Shown one piece after another: positions 55,501 to 56,300 of a stretch of 56,300 bases of DNA; position 1 is the first letter of the stretch; every line of letters begins with the position of its first letter. The notes under the pieces are model-generated. The model saw only the letters and a list, made by a program, of their open reading frames with translations, was not told where the DNA came from and ran no database searches. The translations under genes and the position numbers were made by a program. The DNA is from a virus (Duplodnaviria > Caudoviricetes). The DNA lies in IMG/VR virus record IMGVR_UViG_3300029442_000006, positions 1 to 56,300 of that record; one strand, 5' to 3'.

Positions 55501-56300
55501 TGCCACGGCTCTTTTGCCGCTGCTGTGGGCGGCGCGACGGGTTTTTCAGGAGCGGGGACGGGAGTCGGGGGGTTGGCGGTGTCTGAATGACGCCGTAACC
55601 AGCCCTCAATCTTCGTAACCGCATCGGCTATCTGTTGCGGAGTGGCGTTCTTCGGCACCTCGTACCATTGGTCAACTGCGCCAAACTCTTTCTCGCGGAA
55701 AGGTGACGGTTCGTGATCGCGAATTGAAAGTTTGTACGTCTTGGTTTCGTCGGGTTCGCCGTCAGCATCCCGCGAAAGAATCTTCGTGACCTTGTAATAG
55801 ACGCTCCCCCACTTGGTGTCCTCAACTTCAACCTTCATATCAGGTGGGGTGTCAAAGGTGTTGATAATCTCATTGCGTGCTTCGGCGTTCGCTACGTCGC
55901 CTTCTGTATTTCCGCCAGCCTCAACATGCCACTTGGCTTCTTGAATGGCATCTTCGGGAGTCTTTTCCCATTTAATCGTGCTGCCGTTTTCATCTTCAAC
56001 AATGTACTGGCCTTTGTGAAGTGATACGGTTGCAGTGCGGTCATTTCCTTTTGCTGGCGATGAAATCAACCAGTTCTCCGGCTCATCCTCACCGGCTGGC
56101 CTGTGGTCAACTGTGGCTTCATTTGCAGCAAGAGCCTTCTGTTCGACTACAGCATGATCGGCAATGACTTTCGCACGCTTGGCAACCGCTCCCGTCTCTT
56201 TCGCCGCTGCTGTTGGCTGCGCGACGGGCGGGGCGGGGGGTTGGGAGGCAAGCCATTCCGTGTACTCTGCCTGCAACTGCTGTTGCTGGTCTGGCGGCAA
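40578..56300 (-). CDS. Giant DarB-like polyvalent protein (C-terminal 5240 aa; about 5,980 aa when joined to 442-2652): N6-MTase, SNF2-like helicase, kinase-like, metallopeptidase-like and other domains
   Basis: NVAAIRL...LARYVGWG, NAHFT, EPAEGIG, ISNYPFG (~52740); HEVGTGKS (~50920), IDEAH (~50415), TGTPIDNS, GTGVNAQ, QRDGR; GQGAEGAVF..AYK and SDVRGDN..ID (47230-47700); EEAGH...HEVVA (~45980); FYSAL...EMQGDW (44300-45580). Confidence 0.9.
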   Translation of the reverse strand: MPPDQQQQLQAEYTEWLASQPPAPPVAQPTAAAKETGAVAKRAKVIADHAVVEQKALAANEATVDHRPAGEDEPENWLISSPAKGNDRTATVSLHKGQYIVEDENGSTIKWEKTPEDAIQEAKWHVEAGGNTEGDVANAEARNEIINTFDTPPDMKVEVEDTKWGSVYYKVTKILSRDADGEPDETKTYKLSIRDHEPSPFREKEFGAVDQWYEVPKNATPQQIADAVTKIEGWLRRHSDTANPPTPVPAPEKPVAPPTAAAKEPWQMTRAEWIEDTRRKLEPDNAKLRAQGYQGATPNESAHYNTVKNAIAAGKPVPPEVLADYPDIKPPGTVTPEADTAPVVATTLQDRFAASKGMTLAEMAKSPKKDQYAQEYRKWVEDLPIREQVAPKTLERLTAAIEAKDPNALKAILDIGNPLSRKIFTEETGIKLPSTQRDTRKAIDEWVAGPKPSAVSPAPTPEATTPAPVPPEAPAVTGGQVASNVTPQTLAEALHAGKTVKLPEGAKGVRVQVKGKFAKVEAKNIDTLKGAGPFDEVVAIDFPYKNGKPVLSESKIVKGDITIQTALPPAPPVTISFARHRELRDRADANLLAIKPTKDGNDYFVKRYPSRNSLETFLKNPGQWKAVIKKEVDKNMVVHPAFEVERADSRKDEPAKPLTPQVKETPAAKPPVAMPTVGDLVTVNVDGRTINSRVKTSSPHGFSLSGGESFLADDVADGSVAWKPQAVAPAPATAQPSPVATSTPAVKSPLDNLNAEDRAEAERLEAELTKLLGQVLSGVPDPKIISTATQLAALYAKGGTKTFKQFAEAVKGRMPSLWERIKAYLRGAWNSIAEIMGLDEVDATTAKSIFEVIDKQGREADIKTGADNELLERPSGDTPAETVDAIRPTSEKTSQKQPARTSPRTVEKERPTAVPASATGASEGELQPDGGTRNIPGGSAGDGDQGNDGERQSVTSGNTGGTGSGGLDSGVGSESVVEVANAGVKPAAKAPANSNNFSLTDLDIFENGGDKAKFKDNVAAIRLMKAIMEEQRLASPAEQATLARYVGWGRSSYSEGLFGYYGDEASKWAKEREELKALLTDDEWESARASTINAHFTAPRLAVGMWDMVRRLGFKGGKINEPAEGIGLFYSVMPGDMRAKSSLVGSEMDNLTSNIAKLLHPDGHHETTPYQEANVPDDFFDLQISNYPFGDITIRQDKYNKIGANLHDYFFLKGISTVRPGGLLVAITSTGTLDKMNPRVREVLASKADLVAAMRLPSGSFLKNAGTSVVTDIVILKRRPEGVAPSGTKWMGIREVKMSGTAEPIPINEYYADHPEQILGMLDRKSKLYSGGQPNVSLTDDFVERLQQAIARLPENIYEKTTRTKPVTPSKIVEADSKLKDYGYEVRNSKELWQRQGNEMVQKKMGKEIAQVSKLLAIRDDIKKLTAQELAGVNDDHLTPLRETLNRHYDDYVKKFDNLHSKTHKRLIADDPDWVNLLALEQYNPENKTVTKADIFSKRTVKALEKKTKADSIKQAVGYSMNETGGIDPDRIGELIGKSHDEVVADLTRSGMAFKTPDGGLELSDFYLSGNVRAKLLQAEAAAKLDPSLNHNVEALKKAIPEDKPHSEIDVKLGSPWVPGSDYSEFFASLHNFRPEMMTAAYLQKTGKWILDVRDKYIKNRPSFTETYGTPMADFQDIVQSAMDDKPIMLYKPVKDADGEHRVFLPDESAAANLKVEEVRELFKEWVWTDDERRARLHRFYNDTMNNIVELKSDGSWLEFPTMSTSVIPYTHQNNTVSLIMHVRRVLMGHEVGTGKSLIYGMAAAKMKELGFANKPALSVLKANIEQVTEEIQRAFPTMKILSTNENFDAENRRKTIARIATGDWDLIILTHDNLNMMDVDKDVEEGFIREEIAELSDVIRAAEANSGERRYGRRAKKDKTTKQLEKLKERLEEKLKEALDRPRDTAITFQKSGIDMLMIDEAHVYKSLPVYTSRGSVKGIPQSRSDRATNLLLNTRWMRKNNPKAIMVFGTGTPIDNSMVELYNWQKYLQPEELEARGISAFDGWANTFGQTVTQIEPTAAGEFKPTTRFKRFTNLQELSAIARQMLDTRFVEDMPNIKRPKKIEAVVKADMNKEQAAYMRELAQRAKDLKGKKVEKGGDNMLKICTDGRKAALHMGLITPNYTENPEGKVAKAIAAVLANYKADPTVTQMIFSDMGVNPTDWGFSLYKHIIDGLVKGGIPRNKIIDFTKLKEGDERLAAIANLRNGQALVGIGSTATMGTGVNAQKHLKYGHNIDAPMTPGRMRQRDGRSWRQKNRHSEIGISRYVTEGSLDSFVWSLINNKDAFIHQFLKYGAKVREIEETDSEEISPARVMAEATGNPDVLNAVEAQENIKKLEQKRRIFQTAQARVQSQIDYENRNITRVQAEVPRLNRDFESAKTVMAQEAKEIEVHGKTYTEQKEPLKKALETAVDSLLGVELDKTDYPIAHIGPFTVVARMQGGRHAGQNTVHGYLVRGENTYEMGLAADESGTKDALSIARSALGTIRSIASGLHVKRAEDQIAQSKFNIETLQKQTGKKFDQDTTLAEEKRKLAEIMSRLVKQSKEGGSNDTDVKISAAEKKLEDLTGPNRVNQIKEQSEKLDWPSETYLKTLQSEIDAIEKKQHQSDESPDTESQSPEDAENSLKKRLSDDKGSIINPALLTKEVANEVRTIVEDAWGNGKRTTKGVYQWFRDKIGAAWIKIRSLVDRAIAELKRVVRDESGEVGRGTNPEPGQKVVASNIEGEYREERERDSVTQNPSRLTSRRVAADTARDIAASSAGNYRKWAAASGQSGDQLGAPDFARRFNEVLGLKPITSADLGISDTKNYSSWSLWERLHSDKMRRVNVGQGAEGAVFQSNNDQFAYKLYIPYNRGIGATLGIVELRGEVAAKAKPGSVLDLLDRIRIHNAIGGAPTEILGMTPEGVIVTKQPWGAERSEDVSGAIQRGAIVEVSDKAIARPTDTVRNFVTVVDGEPYLVSDVRGDNLRTDRSGNPRPIDMLVGKLDTEIVKDNPEISSAVAKADQIVSELPKARYDAVFSRNAVATKFSKIGEASATTRTPLSRDTFNEALASETMAVPFAAENVTAGLSTDTGADAEFWKMLAESGEGQAAEEWQTPEPDEEYEERNQRIRRWDVGRDADGKSVDVQERWPLSDEVDENGNGLVDQTESPDIRVWNDGETYRDFKTLREAFDYANDQVKSGDMALEAKAEAEEQKENVRKTLRDSRWSIEGSDVFSHATVRGKGSYQSESMYLTVYLHPKSYEAAVKAHRLWPDATELYANNAAEFADDPESNYVRVDVRISDHPATDSAKSVPDVDLRIGDKRNPKQRRDRGGFGRPDSPTAWYESWGEVLENQGYNSPLDMALQFLGEKKSVAKLDNPRFHLSRNGEVRAITYGNRSHFFLDRYDNAGQLRGDIREEAGHRLVNEMGGRDWNIIGSLTYGGNWNNIAGEIEKNYGYKRGTPEFNHEVVAKAFRDGKHKVGLWRRFMDAVMLAFKRLARKLNFSLDLSDSEIRAYLNDLLSAKAKGRNPGERVEPSGETVTTTAARAQEQADTFYSALTKTVEDLPQEKFSPQQLKGMLAGKPGVKADELKWTGFNTWIDQRSADGKPVTKAEALEFLRENQVNVKVTDRGGEADSEVLDKVEKLVESFNKKFAGRYKATAEVAPEMTGDDVTIEVSFSGPSVFVGKKWQNDFPVPLMDADAKAAASEIYDTAHNPPGVTKFRSYMKNVPTDEGYGEAVFNLPAKQPFNTDNVKIERNRRSVTQGEYTIYYDGKKLATFADDIQMDKKGDYNGLPDSEIMETAKSIYNKGNPNSNIRAVGESFRVPSAHQYGDESDVNQVARVIYSTMTVPGIGKGKVGLEMQGDWAQKARESEKKLEPLTADEKAEYARLYAKAQERDLGTSENETFVELDRRVRQQETPDAPLIQKHYELSLKWLIRQAAEEGMDFVGWNAGSVVAERYDLSKEVDSVHYDPYNKQLSARKGDQQVIKEQGVPPEKLADYVGKDVAKKLLETPVNGAGNHELKGEQLRVGGGWASTLYDKMLVDYAKKYVKQWGGTVETANAPTNLNPQKDFGTFLKESGLQDQYESERASGKFYTQTSAYQKWYESNPDTVPLHIIKLTPSMKADVLTKGQPLFARSEAGALPPPTPPSKPTEPGGAEDEGEQPEKPFTGLRTRQNEQGQQIGQVYVKGELLHETPPTRLERTALGLARGFARNRRGKDPRFTDTVIKDIIRQETVPSSGETTKQIIKRTTDELSTAIGAAAFLNEKIAAMEEAAASGRAYGEAKKSSDIQQAFNYQRQITDFLKKSLIGYAEERLGRNLAGRYARALTDALKEPDPTKMLSEKEMAKSVYARYKKAASIVARIDSFADETSRREAYRSILKLARAAVQSENVSVEVKDRLRQFINSDHAAMSTEALQQMAEQTKQLVTLGRVTEEIRKQLFESQVQELVGLFGTEGETHPLNEHPLLRPQPGSELTWQDNLANRVISMRNLQTRFGWAYPPINYVLDLMSARNYGKGLVKWLKGPVDLGHQEYLKLSKKLYGDLAEKLQEWKIDSAASSRIAAYAEAMQAGGVENLFESGVDKSIIDQLWFNPDAFLKANEKKFYDYARERMDSQYDAVNNLTRRLYNREMPKVKNYWPRLRDWSQLSDMEVYDRLFEQRRKPSAKAPQGFTMKRTGGAMNVQLDATRVFQQHMDDVAYYLSMQEPVQVLMRAISSEKFREHYGATGQYAVRLWLDAVAKRGGGDNGQKRIKWVDWVSNRMNRAMTSYRPFSQMKHISNAGIAQALIGPSWYAAGVAHCCQTRWQDFMQRNVPELFIRGGGDMYKKQGMHPSEYLVARVTDKYNSMACFAGAYGKLMEEAGTPVPETGEIPLNKESLATALVYSHGATASVFTKDLPLMRSQGALSGNVTLDRAVTTFQGYLMERYGFYKRDFKALGIEERDAKQACRAAAGIIISSLIHLGVIALGVYITKEIAEALLAAAGIQQKVKKPRKNEPSPAVKAGEELLIDLVKNVAPMAGNAVSAWKYGSTGIPVVDAIEGAAQSVKRYAQAQTPNTKAQAGLALAGSAATFAGVPGSGQAQTLLRQLLPSGKPQSERQSLIEMYRANDPKAVNALNAAYSAGKITEADVRAIEKQAALSSLEAKLQHVHPKEAVDYFEKLTSAEQSEIRGMIEEKISYSRSLTDDQKNELLSRIEKTSKTRSASSMSDMIQTISQ

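Overview
Nearly or fully complete ~56 kb tailed dsDNA phage genome with a podovirus-like layout (no tape-measure gene; I recognised no integrase or repressor). The last 77 nt are identical to positions 365-441, so the window probably closes into a ~55.9 kb circle. Minus strand, late genes: TerS/TerL, portal, ATP-grasp enzyme, tRNA(CAT), scaffold, major capsid, tail and ejection proteins, a ~6,000-aa DarB-like polyvalent protein spanning the window ends, adaptor, tail fibre, secreted/membrane proteins and an intein-containing metallophosphoesterase. Plus strand (21.1-29.5 kb), early genes: lysozyme-like protein, ERF, PD-(D/E)XK exonuclease, replication initiator with iterons, DnaC-like loader, nucleases and Dam. 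A lone tnpB element interrupts the late region. Top finding: a phage-encoded sigma-54 activator (GAFTGA AAA+ bEBP with no HTH) together with four near-identical intergenic -24/-12 promoters (TYGGCCCGRAAGTTGCAGTAGT) heading four late modules, i.e. a candidate sigma-54-based late transcription switch producing almost leaderless mRNAs. Also notable: integron attC-like cassettes inverted relative to their genes with no integrase, signal peptides on apparent virion proteins, and a recurring leader-RNA architecture at early promoters. All function calls come from motif recognition by eye; no database searches were run.
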